A DNA stretch of 64,000 bases, from the NCBI GenBank assembly GCA_963814585.1, contig CAWFDF010000010.1:1-64000 (forward strand), written 5' to 3'. This DNA comes from an uncultured delta proteobacterium (GTDB lineage: Bacteria; Myxococcota; Myxococcia; Myxococcales; Anaeromyxobacteraceae). The notes under the pieces were generated by a model, which was not told the origin of the DNA, made no database searches, and saw only the letters and a program-made list of their open reading frames with translations. Shown here piece after piece: positions 31,342 through 45,700 of this stretch. How positions within the stretch are numbered: position 1 is the stretch's first letter; every line of letters starts with the position of its first letter. Made by a program: the position numbers and the translations under genes.

Positions 31342-31522
31342 TCAGCGATGGACCAGCGCCAGGAAGGACTGGACCATCGCGGTGCCGGTGCTGCTGGTGG
31401 GCGCCGCGTTCGACCCCAACGAGCGCTCGACGATCGGGGCGCTGGTCAAGGCCCCGGGCCTGGCAGATGAGGCCGCAAGGCCCGGGTCCTTCCCGCGATG
31501 CCCGACTCGTGGCGGCGCAGCC

Positions 31523-33853
31523 TCAGCGGCGCCCGCCGCCGCCCCGCCCGCCTCCGCCGCCTCGCCCACCACCACCACCGTACCCGCCACTGCTGCGCCC
31601 GCGGGCCGCGGCGTCGTTGCCGAGGCCGGCCGGGGCACCGCCGTAGGAGGGCCGGGAGCCGCTGCCTTGCTGGGCCGGTCTGGCGCCGCCGGCGGCGGAA
31701 CCGCCACCCTGGGCTGGCCTGGCGCCGGCACCTGATGCGCCGCCGCCCTGCGACTGCCACCCCTGCTTGGTGTTCTTGTCCCAGCCGCCGCCCTGGTTCT
31801 GCCGGTAGACGTTCCCGCTCTTGTCGCCGTAGACGTTGTTGGGCTGCCTCGAGGAGGCCGGCTGCTGCCGCGGCGTGGCGCCGGCCTCGCGCGACGCATT
31901 GCGCGCGGTGTTCTGGGGCTTGTTGTAGATGTTGCCGGTGCTGGCGGCCGGCGGACGAGCCGCCCCCCCGGCCCCGCCGGGCGGCGGCCGGGCCCCCGGG
32001 GCGCTGCCGTAGCCAGGAGCGCCACCGTACCCGGGCGGACGGCCCCCGGGCGGCGGGCGATACCCGGGCGGCGGCGGCCGGTAGCCGTAGGGTGGGCGGT
32101 ACGGCGGCGGGTAGCCGCGGGGGCCGTAGTAGCCGCCGTGGTAGTGGCCGTAGCCGCCGAAGTGGATGCCCACCGAGACGAACGGCGTCCCGTAGCTCAC
32201 CCCCACGCCCCACCCCATCCACGGGTTGTAGGTCACGTGGACGCCGAAGGTGGCGGGGTACGGGTAATAGACGGTCGGGCCGATGTACGGCGGGTAGTAG
32301 TAGCCGGTGCCGTAGACCACCGTGCCGTAGTAGGGGTAGACGCCCACGTAGCCCGGCAGGTAGCCCACGTACACCACCTGCGGCGTCGACTGGTACACGT
32401 AGACGTAGCGGGTGTTGTAGACCGGCACGGTGGGAGGGACCTGGTCGATCGACGGCGGCCGCCGGTCGCTCACCGTCCACGGCCCCTTGGGCGTCGGGGC
32501 CACGTACCAGACCGCCTGGTCACAGGCCCAGTACTTCCCGGAGTCCTGCAGCACCGAGAAGGAAGTGTTGGTGGCGTAGGCCATCCCGGTCCCCTCGATG
32601 GCCTTGAACTTCGGCTCGCCGTCGTAGGTCACCTCGAGCTTCTGGTCGCGCTTCACCGCGGTGGTCTGGGGGATCTGCGTGTCGGCCAGGGCGTCGGCGG
32701 CCTCGGTGGTGCCGGGCACGAAGGGGCGCACGCCGGCGGCCAGTCCCTCGGGCGGGATCTTGGCGAAGCTGGGCGGCAGCTGGTCGGGACGCACGAAGGC
32801 CCACGGGCCGTCGAGCGACTTCGCCTTGTACCAGCGCCCCGAGACCAGCACGTAGGACTCGTTGGTGGGGACGTGGAGCAGGACCTGGCCGTCGGCGTTG
32901 TCGGCGTAGAGCAGGTCGGCCGCCTCGCCCACCGGCACGTAGTTGGGAGCGCCGTCGAAGACGGTCAGCTCGGTCGGCTCGGTGGCCACGATGATGCGCG
33001 GCGGTGTCTCCGGCTTCGCGGCGGCCGGCGGCGGCGAACCAGCGGGCGGCGCGGCGGCGCCCTCGGCCGTGGGGGGAGGCGGGGCGGGGTTCTTGGCGAT
33101 GAAGTCCTTCACGGCAGGTGAAGGAGATCCCGCGTAGGTCCAGGGGCCCATGGGATCGTTGGCCTCGTACCAGAACTGCCCGCCGGAGAGGTAGAGGCGG
33201 CCCACCGCCGGGTCCTTGACCACGAAGAGCTGCGTGTTGACCACCCGCTCCAGCGACGTGCCGGACAGCGCCCGCAGCACCGGCTTGCCGTCGTAGAGCA
33301 GCAGCACCGCCGGGTCTCGCGCGAAGAGGAGCTTCGGGGGCTTCACCTGCAGGCGGGTCTCCCCCTGGGTCTCGCGCTGGCCCGCGGCCAGCGCCGCCTG
33401 GAGCTCGTCGAGCGTCAGCGAGAGGTCCCACCTGGGGAGCTCGGCCTCCAGCAGCTTGATGCCCGCCGCCTCCTGCTCCTTGGTGATGCTGGGGAAGCGG
33501 ATCCTGGTGACCTTGAAGGTCTCGAGGTCGGCGGTGCTCGCCTCCTTGTCGATCTGGAGCTGCGCCGTGAACCAGAAGACGCCGAAGGCCGGAGGCTTCC
33601 CCTTGGGCTCCCAGGAGATGGCGGCGCGCGCGCTCAGGGTCACGCCCTCCAGCTTCTCGAGCTGCGGCTGGTAGACCACCACCATGCCGGTGTCGAGCGG
33701 GAGCGAGCGCGGCCAGTTGCCCGGTTCGACCGGCGCCGCGGTCGCTGGCGCACCCGCGGCCGCTGGGGCAGGCGCGGGATCTGCCGTGCGCCCCGCGGAC
33801 GGCACGAGGAGCGGCAGCGAGGCGGCGAGGGCCAGCATGGTGCGGCGGGTCAT
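31523..33853 (-). CDS. Large exported protein with Tyr/Gly/Pro/Arg low-complexity C-terminus
   Basis: Signal peptide, VYQPQ, WYVAPTPKGPW, VVYVGYLPGY, RGGGGGRGGGGRR tail. Confidence 0.8.
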   Translation of the reverse strand: MTRRTMLALAASLPLLVPSAGRTADPAPAPAAAGAPATAAPVEPGNWPRSLPLDTGMVVVYQPQLEKLEGVTLSARAAISWEPKGKPPAFGVFWFTAQLQIDKEASTADLETFKVTRIRFPSITKEQEAAGIKLLEAELPRWDLSLTLDELQAALAAGQRETQGETRLQVKPPKLLFARDPAVLLLYDGKPVLRALSGTSLERVVNTQLFVVKDPAVGRLYLSGGQFWYEANDPMGPWTYAGSPSPAVKDFIAKNPAPPPPTAEGAAAPPAGSPPPAAAKPETPPRIIVATEPTELTVFDGAPNYVPVGEAADLLYADNADGQVLLHVPTNESYVLVSGRWYKAKSLDGPWAFVRPDQLPPSFAKIPPEGLAAGVRPFVPGTTEAADALADTQIPQTTAVKRDQKLEVTYDGEPKFKAIEGTGMAYATNTSFSVLQDSGKYWACDQAVWYVAPTPKGPWTVSDRRPPSIDQVPPTVPVYNTRYVYVYQSTPQVVYVGYLPGYVGVYPYYGTVVYGTGYYYPPYIGPTVYYPYPATFGVHVTYNPWMGWGVGVSYGTPFVSVGIHFGGYGHYHGGYYGPRGYPPPYRPPYGYRPPPPGYRPPPGGRPPGYGGAPGYGSAPGARPPPGGAGGAARPPAASTGNIYNKPQNTARNASREAGATPRQQPASSRQPNNVYGDKSGNVYRQNQGGGWDKNTKQGWQSQGGGASGAGARPAQGGGSAAGGARPAQQGSGSRPSYGGAPAGLGNDAAARGRSSGGYGGGGGRGGGGGRGGGGRR

Positions 33854-33960
33854 GAGGTGCTCCGTGGTGCGAGTTCGCGGCGGATGCTACACCAGCGGCC
33901 GAGGTGGCGACGAGGCCCCGCGATCCCCTGGTCACGCGGGCGGTGGCGGCCTGGCCCAGC

Positions 33961-35435
33961 TCACGAGGGGCGCACCTGGAACAGGTGGCACGCCCAGGGC
34001 GCCAGGTCGACGTACAGGCCAGGATCCCGCAGCTCGTCCCCGCTCCGGTCGTAGCTCTCGCCGGACAGGACGTCGTGGAGTCGCCAGGTGCTGCCCCGGA
34101 CATCGTCCCACGGCACCTGGACGCGGGCCTGGGTGGCGGCGGATCGGTAGTTGATGACGACGAGGGCGCGCTGCTCCCTGGCGGTCCAGCACCAGGCCAG
34201 GACGTCCTGGAAGCCGCGGTTGTCGGGCCAGCCGCCCCGCTCGCAGAGGCGCCACTCGCCGTTCCGGTAGACGTCTCGGCGGGTCTCCTCCAGCAGGCGC
34301 CCGTAGAAGGCCGCCAGATCCTCGTCGACCGGCTCCTCCGGCCGCCGGCCCAGGAAGACCGGGAGCCTCACCTTCCGGCCCTCGAGCTGGCCCTCGTGGA
34401 TCAGCCTCGTCCCCGGCAGGGTCATGATCGCCACGGCGGCCGCGCGCCCCTTCCCGGAGGGGAAGGCAGCGGCCGCCCTCGGCTCGTCGTGGTTCTCGAT
34501 GAACCGGACCATCCGCTCCTGGTAGGCGCCGTCGGCCAGCAGGTGCTGCCGCACCGCCTCGGCGTCGCCGTGCTCCATCCGGTCGTAGAGCCGCTTGTCG
34601 TAGCAGCCGTCGAAGCCCTGCCGCTGCAGCTCCCACTCCAGGTCCCAGTAGGCCTCGGCGAGGAACCTGAAGCCGGGGTGCTGGGCCTTCAGCGTCGCGA
34701 TCACGGTGGCCCAGTAGTCGTCGGCCGGCCGCGCCCCCGCCCGCGCTCCCCAGGTGCGCTCGAAGACCGAGCTGAGCATGAGCATCGCCATGTCGCAGCG
34801 GATGCCGTCGCACTGGCCGGCGATCTCCGCGACGGTCTCGAACACCGCCGTCCTGAGCCCGGGGTGGAAGGCGTCGAGCTGGAGCACGTCGGGCCAGGCC
34901 GGGAAGTACGGGTCCCGGCCGAGGGCGAAGACCGTGCCGCCCACCTTCACGAAGGAGGCCGGGTCCCTCCGCGCCTCGTCGGCGCTCCCCCGGATGAAGT
35001 ACTCCGGGTGCTCGGCGGCCCAGGGGTGATCGGGCGCCACGTGGTTGGGCACGAAGTCGAGGACCAGCCGCAGCCCGCGCTGGCGGAGCGCGGCTCGCGC
35101 CGCGGCCAGCCCCTCCGGACCGCCCAGGTGCGGGTCCGCGGCGTAGCGGCGCACGCAGTAGGGCGAGCCGACGTCGTCGGCCGCCGAGAAGTCGGGGAGG
35201 GCCCGCCGGAAGTCGGCGAGCAGCCCCTCGTTCCGCATGGAGATGGCGATGCCGGCCGGGCTCCGCTCCCAGACGCCCATGAGCCAGACGGCGTCGAAGC
35301 CACCGGCCGCGATGGCGGTCCACTCCGCCTCGGGGACGGTGGCCAGCGTCACCGGTCTCCCGTGCTTCCGGCCCAGCTCGCCGAGCCAGACCCAGGCGTT
35401 GATCTCGTAGATGACCGGATGGCTAGGCCAGGGGT

Positions 35436-35439
<4 letters not shown>
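33961..35439 (-). CDS. Alpha-amylase family (GH13) glycoside hydrolase
   Basis: LDFVPNH, DGIRCDMA, FLAEAYW, FIENHDEPR; ATGA overlap with upstream glucosidase. Confidence 0.9.
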
Positions 35440-38189
<2,750 letters not shown>

Positions 38190-38388
38190 GGTGGGCTCCC
38201 TGGCGCTGCAGGCGCTCTCCGGAGGTCGAGGCGTCTCGCGACTCCCGAGCCAGGAGGGCCGTCCCTGCAGGCCTTCCCAGTGCAACACCTCCGGGAGAGG
38301 GTGTCACCTGCCCAGGAAGGGCGTGGCTGCCGGACCGGCAGGATGGAGGGGCGGAGAGGTGGTCACCGCCCGAGGGCGTCGCCGGCCC

Positions 38389-39750
38389 TCACCGCCCGGC
38401 GCGCAGATCGGCGAGCAGCCGCTGGAAGCCCGGCGCGTCGCGCAGCAGCCGCCCCCCGACCTCGCGCAGCCGGTCGACCTGCGCCTTGGGGAGCGCCAGG
38501 CTGGTCTTGACCTTGCGGAACTCCTCGCGCTCGGCGGGATCCGGCAGGTTGTCGAAGGTCACCTGCGCCAGGTAGACCTCGCGCCGGTCCGGGCCGCTGG
38601 CCGGGCCGGACCTCTTCCAGCGCTCCAGCTGCTCGCGCGTCTTCTCCACGGCGTCGATGGTGATGCGGTCGACCGGGATCGACCACATCTGGTCCTGCAG
38701 CTTCGAGGTGCCGGGCGGCGCCTCCGAGCGGTCCCAGTCCACCTCGGGCACCCGCAGCGCGTTGACGGCGATGACCACCACCTTGCGCACGCCGCGCAGC
38801 CGGGCCAGCTCGGGCGCGTCCGGGAAGAGCGCCAGCCGATCGAGGGCGCCGAGGAGGGAGTTGAGGCCGAGGTTCTCGGCCAGGCCGCCGTCGAAGAGGT
38901 GGACGTACGGCCGGGTCGCGGCGTCGGTGGCGCCGCGCCGGGCCCGGGCGTCGAGCTCGGCGCGGCCCGGGGACTCGGAGCGGGACGCCGCGTCGGCGGC
39001 GGCGGACATCCAGGCCGGCTCCGCGTAGCCGCAGCTCCCGGCCCGGTTCTCGAGCGTGATGGGCGTGAGCAGCGGCGGCAGCGCGGTCGAGGTGGCCACG
39101 GCCCGGCCCAGCGTCACCTTCGACAGGTCGGCGCAGATGAGGTCGAACTGGTCCTGCGTGAAGGGGAAGTGGGCGCCGGTGGTGACGTCGGTGGCCTGGA
39201 CCACCACGTAGGGGCCGCCGGCGCGCTGCAGGTCGCCGAAGGTGGCGCCGTGGAAGACGGTCTCGTCGTAGAGCTCGGTGAAGAGGTCGGACTTGCCGAA
39301 GGTGCCGGAGGGAAGGCGGAACCAGTTGCCCGGGGAGAAGATGCGCCAGGCCAGCTCGCCCTCCAGGTTCCGGGAGAGGACCTCGCGCTCGAACTCCTCG
39401 AAGGCCTTCTCGCGGCGCAGGGCGTAGAAGGTGGCCGGCAGCGTGCCGCCCGAGACCGCCGAGATCACGTCCACCTCGTCGAGCAGCCGCCTCGTGGCGC
39501 CGCGCACCGGCACCTCGGTCCGGCGCAGCTCCTCGAGCGTCCCGTAGGCGAGCGAGGCGGCGCGCATGCCGCCGCCGGAGAAGGCCAGGAAGACCAGCAG
39601 GTCGTCCGACTGGCCGGCGGGCGAGACGTCGGCGAAGCGGTAGCCGGGGGTGCCGGCCTTCTCCAGCTTCGGGGTGGCGGGCCAGTGGGCGCAGCCGGCG
39701 AGGAGCAGCGCGGCCGCGGCGGGGGCGGCGAGGCGTCGGACGGTGGTCAT
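38389..39750 (-). CDS. Patatin-like phospholipase lipoprotein
   Basis: Lipobox LAGC, SGGGMRA, SAVSGG, DGG; GAGG RBS. Confidence 0.85.
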   Translation of the reverse strand: MTTVRRLAAPAAAALLLAGCAHWPATPKLEKAGTPGYRFADVSPAGQSDDLLVFLAFSGGGMRAASLAYGTLEELRRTEVPVRGATRRLLDEVDVISAVSGGTLPATFYALRREKAFEEFEREVLSRNLEGELAWRIFSPGNWFRLPSGTFGKSDLFTELYDETVFHGATFGDLQRAGGPYVVVQATDVTTGAHFPFTQDQFDLICADLSKVTLGRAVATSTALPPLLTPITLENRAGSCGYAEPAWMSAAADAASRSESPGRAELDARARRGATDAATRPYVHLFDGGLAENLGLNSLLGALDRLALFPDAPELARLRGVRKVVVIAVNALRVPEVDWDRSEAPPGTSKLQDQMWSIPVDRITIDAVEKTREQLERWKRSGPASGPDRREVYLAQVTFDNLPDPAEREEFRKVKTSLALPKAQVDRLREVGGRLLRDAPGFQRLLADLRAGR

Positions 39751-39773
39751 GGCGACTTCCTCTCGGACCGGCC

Positions 39774-42056
39774 TCAGAACGGGAACTGCAGGCCGAGGCT
39801 GGGGCTCACGGCCCACCAGGAGACGCTCTCGATGGGGGGGGCCGGGTAGTAGTTGAACATGACCTGGATGCGGATCCGCTCCAGCGCGGTGGCGGCCAGG
39901 CCGGCGCCGATGACCGGGCGGGAGCAGGAGCCGATGGTGTCCGAGGTGGGCGTCGGGCAGGTCTCGGTGCTCCACCCGTCCCGGGAGGAGAAGAGGAAGC
40001 CGCCGCGGACGACGACGCTGGGCTGGATCGCCGTGCTGGACCAGGCGGCCGGCATGACCTCGATGCCGACCAGCGGGGCCAGGGCCACGGCGCCGCTCTC
40101 GTTGGAGATCAGCCGGGCCGTGTTGGTGAGCTGCAGCGCGGCGTGCAGCCGGACCGAGGCGATCCCGCCGATCTCGGAGCGGAAGCCCTTGCTGACGCCG
40201 ATCTCGGAGTCGCTCCCCACCAGCACCCAGCCGGTGAAGCGGGGCGGCACGTAGACGACGGCGTCGGCGGCCATCTTGACGGCGGTGTCCACCAGCGCCG
40301 ACTGGCCGGCGGGCTGGGTGGCGGCCACCTGCTTCCCGACCCCCAGGAGCCGCGCGCGCAGCGTCGCCGGGGCCTCGGCGGCCTGCTCGCGCGTCAGCCC
40401 CAGGTCCTTGAACTCGAACCGGTGCGCCGCGAGGAGTCGCATCACGTAGCCGGTCTCGTTCTCCTTCGCCCCCCGGCGCCAGGTGTCGCCGGGGAGCGGC
40501 TCGACGCCGGGGACCCGGCGCGGCGGCTGCTTCCCCGCCGCGGCGACGCAGAGCGGGTCGTCGGCGTAGACCCCCTTCAGCTCCTCGAGCCCGGCGCAGC
40601 GGTCCCAGAGCCGCTCGATGGAGGCCTGCAGGACGATGCGGAAGTCGCGCAGGTCGTCGCCCTGGCAGGCGGCCTCGGCGGCAGCGGGATCGTCCATCAC
40701 CGCCGAGAGGCAGCGGTACGGCTTCCACGACGCGGCGGCGGCGGTGGCCCCGGAGACCTTCTCGGGGAGCTGCATCTGCCCGGGCCGGCCGGCCCTGGCG
40801 AGGCGGGCCGGGAGCCGGACCTCGGCCATGCGCCGGGCGTCGTACATGCCCAGCGCGAAGTCGAACTCCCGCAGCCCGGTCTCGAAGAAGCCGAAGAAGG
40901 CCCCCAGGGGGGAGCTGGCCGCGGGGAGGTGGCGCTCCGGGATGACCAGCCGGTCGAAGAACACCGGGTCCTCCTCGGCGACGTAGAGCAGGTTCTTGGC
41001 GCGGGCGCTGTCGTAGAAGGAGCCCCCCACGTCGCCGACGATGCCGAGCAGGGTCGCCGGGATCTTGCCGGCGGCGGCGCGGTCGGCGGCGGGGAAGGTG
41101 CGGACGTCGGTGGAGACGTAGGTGAAGATCATCTTCCCGGGGATCTCGCCGTGGCCGAGATCGGGCCGGTCGAGCCAGCGGGCCTGGCCCTCGCCGAGCT
41201 GCAGGCCGGCGGCGGCCAGCTTGGAGGCCAGGCGGACCGGCGTGTTGTCGAAGACGCCGCCGTCGACGAACGGGTCGCTCCTGGCAGCGCTCTCCGGGCA
41301 GCCCGGCCAGGCCCCCTTGCTGGCGCTGACGATGCAGTGGCGGACCGGCTGCGGGGGGAAGGCGCCGGGGAAGGCAGTGGAGGCGAAGAGGGCGTCCACC
41401 AGCGCCGACATGGGGACCTCGCCGTCCTTGCCCTCGACGAGGAGCGCCTGCTCCCCCTCCCAGGTGGGATCGACGTAGTTGGTGAGCCGCGGCGGCTTGC
41501 CGGGGCCGCGCCCCTGGACCCGAACCTGGAAGTGCTCCTCCACCCGTGGCAGCTGGAGCCGTTCCCCCTTGAGCGAGACCAGGCGCGGGTGGAGCCGGGT
41601 CACCGAGACCCCGAAGACCACGTCGCAGTCGGCGCGCAGGCCGGCCGCCCAGGCCTTGCCGATCAGGTCGAGCGGCGCGTCGAAGGCGCTCCGCGAGAAG
41701 GCGGCGGTGGGGCTGCCCTTGCCGGGCTCGGCCAGCTTCTCGAGGCCGAGCGGGATCCAGGCCTTCCAGAAGAGGCTCTCCCGCGGGTCGGGCCGAGGTG
41801 TTCCGCACATCTGCAGGATGGACATGAAGCCGTTGACCGACCCGGCCGAGGCGCCGGTGGCCAGCTTCAGCTCGGTCAGGCCCGGATTGGCTCGCACCGA
41901 CTCCAGCGTGTAGTAGACCAGCCCGGCCTCGTAGGCGCCGAGGCTGACGCCGCCGGCGATGGTGATCGAGGCCGGCAGCGGCGCGGCCAGGGCCGGGAAG
42001 GCCCCGGTGCCGAGCGCCAGGGCGGCGACGGCGGAGACGAGGTGACGGTGGATCAT
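39774..42056 (-). CDS. Exported patatin-like phospholipase with long C-terminal extension
   Basis: Signal peptide, GGVSLG, GASAG, DGGVFDN; ends in amphipathic strands and LGLQFPF. Confidence 0.82.
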   Translation of the reverse strand: MIHRHLVSAVAALALGTGAFPALAAPLPASITIAGGVSLGAYEAGLVYYTLESVRANPGLTELKLATGASAGSVNGFMSILQMCGTPRPDPRESLFWKAWIPLGLEKLAEPGKGSPTAAFSRSAFDAPLDLIGKAWAAGLRADCDVVFGVSVTRLHPRLVSLKGERLQLPRVEEHFQVRVQGRGPGKPPRLTNYVDPTWEGEQALLVEGKDGEVPMSALVDALFASTAFPGAFPPQPVRHCIVSASKGAWPGCPESAARSDPFVDGGVFDNTPVRLASKLAAAGLQLGEGQARWLDRPDLGHGEIPGKMIFTYVSTDVRTFPAADRAAAGKIPATLLGIVGDVGGSFYDSARAKNLLYVAEEDPVFFDRLVIPERHLPAASSPLGAFFGFFETGLREFDFALGMYDARRMAEVRLPARLARAGRPGQMQLPEKVSGATAAAASWKPYRCLSAVMDDPAAAEAACQGDDLRDFRIVLQASIERLWDRCAGLEELKGVYADDPLCVAAAGKQPPRRVPGVEPLPGDTWRRGAKENETGYVMRLLAAHRFEFKDLGLTREQAAEAPATLRARLLGVGKQVAATQPAGQSALVDTAVKMAADAVVYVPPRFTGWVLVGSDSEIGVSKGFRSEIGGIASVRLHAALQLTNTARLISNESGAVALAPLVGIEVMPAAWSSTAIQPSVVVRGGFLFSSRDGWSTETCPTPTSDTIGSCSRPVIGAGLAATALERIRIQVMFNYYPAPPIESVSWWAVSPSLGLQFPF

Positions 42057-42375
42057 GGGCTCCCCCTCGCGGCGACTGGCGCCGCTCCGTTCACGGCCAG
42101 CATATCCCGAGGCCGACGTCCAGGTGCTCCGAAGAGCCCTCGGCCGGGAGGCCGTCCCAGGGCCGGAGATCGAGGGAGCGGTCGAGCACGGATGCCTTGG
42201 GGGAATGGACGCACAGCATTCCAGGCGGCGTCCGGACCTCCGGCACGACCCGAGCGCCCTCCGGCCGTCGCCCGAGGCCTTCGGGTCCTCCGGGGGGCGT
42301 TGAGCCGCCGCCCCGCCCCGCGTAGAGTCCTCCCCTCGAACCGGGCGCCCGCGCCCACTGCCCCAGGGATCAAGA

Positions 42376-42717
42376 ATGACCAAGCTCGTCCGTGCCTTCG
42401 CCGCCACCGCAGGTCTCGCCCTCCTCGCCGCCGCCGTGCCCGCGCAGGGCGCTCCGGCCGGCAAGCAGGTGACCATCAGCGGCAACCTGGCCTGCGCCAT
42501 GTGCATCCTGAAGCAGAAGGACGTGAAGACCTGCACCAACGTGGTGGTGACCAAGGAGGGCGGCAAGGACGTGATCTACGCGCTCGCCGACAACGACGTC
42601 ACCAAGCCGCTCACCATGGCCGCCTGCGAGAAGGTGCTGCCGGTGAAGGTGACCGGCACGGTCGCCGAGGCCGGCGGCAAGAAGACCATCACCGCCACCA
42701 AGGTCGAGAAGACCTAG
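42376..42717 (+). CDS. Small exported protein with CxxC and two further Cys
   Basis: Signal peptide, CAMC, VKVTGTV. Confidence 0.75.
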   Translation: MTKLVRAFAATAGLALLAAAVPAQGAPAGKQVTISGNLACAMCILKQKDVKTCTNVVVTKEGGKDVIYALADNDVTKPLTMAACEKVLPVKVTGTVAEAGGKKTITATKVEKT

Positions 42718-42775
42718 CCGGCGCCATTCGCCCGGCGCCACGCACCGGGCCGGCGGCTGGGAGCGGCCGCCCTCC

Positions 42776-45700
42776 CTACCCCGCCAGCACCGACTGCCCG
42801 CGGATGGTGAAGTAGACCGCCTCGGGGTGGTGCAGCACGATGGCGCTGGTCGACTGCTCCGGCACCATCTGGCAGGCCTCGGTGAGCGAGACGCCGATGG
42901 CGCGGTCCGGGTCCAGCAGCTTCCAGAGCTGCCGCTGGTCGGTCAGCTCGGGCCAGGACGGGTAGCCGGGGCTGTAGCGCTTGCCCTGCTCCGGCCCCAG
43001 CCCCAGCTCGGCCTTCACCACGCGGTGCCAGTGCTCGGCCAGCGCCTCGGCCGCCTCCACGGCCAGGCCGTGGACGAAGAGGCCGCGCGAGTAGTCGCCG
43101 CGGGCGCTGGCCTCGTCGGCCACGCGCGAGGCCGCGTCACCCATGGTGACCACCTGCAGGGCGCAGACGTCGCTCCCGGGCTCGGTCCTGAAGAAGTCGG
43201 CCAGGCAGAGCAGCCGCTCGTCGGGCTGGCGCGGGAAGCGCAGCCGGGCCAGCTCGGCCTTGCGGTGGACCGGGTCGAGGATCACCAGCTCCTCGCCCTC
43301 GGCGTGGCAGGGCCAGTAGCCGTAGACCACCTTCGGCTGCAGCCAGCCCTGCGCCTGGGCCTCGGCCTTCAGCTCCTCGAGCTTGGGCGAGAACTGCTCG
43401 CGGATCATCCGCTCGTACTCCGCCCCCTTGGCCCGCACGCCCCACTGCAGCTTGTAGAGCTCGTTGAGGTCGAGCCGGGGCCAGAGGTCGGACAGCGGGA
43501 TCTGCCCGGAGAGCACGGTGCGGGCCCCCCAGAACGGCGGCGCCGGGACGCGGGCGGCCGGTGCCACGCTGGAGCGGGCCCCCGGCGGCGGCCGGGGCGG
43601 CGGCTCGGGGAGGGGGGCGTCCCGTCCCTGCAGGGCCTTCTCGAGCACGGCGTGCTTGAGGGCGGCGCGCCGCTCCGGATCCATCAGCTGCTGGACCAGC
43701 TCCAGCCCCTCGAAGGCGTCCTTGGCGTAGAAGACGCCGCCGGCGTAGGGCGTGCCGCCCTGCACGAAGTGGGTCTTGTAGCCGAAGCGCCGGTTGATGG
43801 CGGCGCCGCCGATGATGACCGGGAAGGACAGGTTGCGGCGGCTCAGCTCCTCCACGCAGAAGGGCATCTGCTTGGAGGTCGAGACCAGCAGCGCCGAGAG
43901 GCCGATGGCGTCGGCGCCGACCTCGACCGCCTTCTCGATGATGGTGGCGACCGGCACCTGCTTGCCGAGGTCGTGCACCGTGAAGCCGTTGTTGGAGAGG
44001 ATGGTCTTGACCAGGTTCTTGCCGATGTCGTGGACGTCGCCGTAGACGGTGGCCAGCACCACCGTGCCCTTGGTCGAGCCGCCGGTCTTCTCGAGGAACT
44101 GCTCGAGGTACCCGACCGCCTTCTTCATGACCTCGGCCGACTGCAGCACGAAGGGCAGGATCAGCTCGCCGGCGCCGAACCGGTCGCCGACATCCTTCAT
44201 GGCGGGGAGCAGCACCTCGTTGAGCACCCCCACGGCGGGCTGGCGGGTCAAGGCCTCGTCGATGAGCGCCTCGATCCCGGCCGGCCGCCGGTGGAGGATC
44301 TGGAGGTGGATCCGCTCCTCGGCGGTCTTCCCGGCCAGCAGGTCCTCGGTGGGCGCCGCCTTCTCGGCCCCCTTCTCGCCGAAGTGGGCGATGAGCCGCG
44401 CCAGCGCGTCGGGACGCCGGTCGAAGATCAGCTCCTCGGCCAGCGCCCGCTCGGTCTCGCCGAGGGCGGGGTAGGGCGTGACGTCCTTGGGGTTGACGAT
44501 GGCGAGGTCGAGGCCGGCCTTCACCGCGTGGTAGAGGAAGACCGAGTTGATCACCTCGCGGGCGTGCCTGGCGAGGCCGAAGCTGACGTTGGAGACGCCC
44601 AGGGTGGTGAGCACCCCCGGGGTCTCGGCCTTGATGCGCCGGATCCCCTCGAGGGTCTCGATGGCGCTGCGCCGGTACTCCTCGCCGCCGGTGGCCAGCG
44701 TGAAGGTGAGGGCGTCGAAGACGAGGCTGTCGGGCTCGATCCCGTACTCCCTGGCCACCGTCACCAGGCGCGCCGCGATCTCGGCCTTCCGGTCGGCGGT
44801 CTGGGCCATGCCCTTCTCGTCGATGGTCATGCACACCACCGCCGCGCCGAACCGCTTCACCAGCGGCAGCACCTTCCTGACCCGCTCACCGCCCTTCTCC
44901 AGGTTGACGGAGTTGACGATGCAGCGGCCCGGGTAGACCTTGAGCGCCGACTCGATGACGTCGGCCTCGGTGGAGTCGATCATCAGCGGTGCGTCGACCG
45001 CCTGGGCCAGCAGCCTCACCAGGGCGCGCATCTGCGCCCCCTCGTCGTCGCGCTCGTTGAGGGCCACGCAGACGTCGAGCACGTGGGCGCCCGCCTCCAC
45101 CTGCCCGCGGGCGATCTGCAGCAGCCCGGGGTAGTCGTCGGCGATGAGCAGCTCCTTCACCTTGCGCGAGCCCTGCGAGTTGAGCCGCTCGCCCACCAGC
45201 AGCGGGCGCGGCTCGAGCGTCAGCGGCACCGCCTTCATGGCCGAGGAGATCTCGGGCCCGGGGCGGGGGCGGACCCGCCGCGGCGCGGTCACGGTGCGGA
45301 GCCGCTCCACCACCGCCTTGAGGTGCGCCGGCGTGGTGCCGCAGCAGCCGCCCACCAGGTCGACGCCCAGGTCGACCACGAAGCTGGCCAGCGCCTCGGC
45401 CAGCTCGTCCGGGGAGAGCTTGTAGACGGCCTTGCCGTCGACGTTCTCCGGCATGCCGGCGTTGGGCAGCACCGAGACGTAGTGGCTGCAGTGCTCGCCG
45501 AGGTAGCGGACCGCCTCGCGCATCTCGGCGGGACCGGTGGAGCAGTTGAGGCCGACGGCGTCGACCGGCAGCCGCTCCAGCGTCGCCAGCGCGCTGGCGA
45601 TGTCGGTGCCGAGCAGCATCCGGCCGTTCTGGTCGATGAGGGTGGGCTGGGCGATGATGAAGACGTCGCGCATCAGCTCGCGGCGGCAGGCGTCGGCGCC

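Noticed and set aside
31342..31460. Possible gene remnant ending ...MVQSFLALVHR on the minus strand
   Set aside because: No credible start or recognisable family
38270..38345. Imperfect hairpins upstream of the GH63 gene
   Set aside because: Short interrupted stems, expected by chance at this GC content
38389..41808. 1139-aa extended patatin
   Set aside because: The N-terminal part is an alternative frame of the upstream patatin; the real start is 39750 with RBS and lipobox
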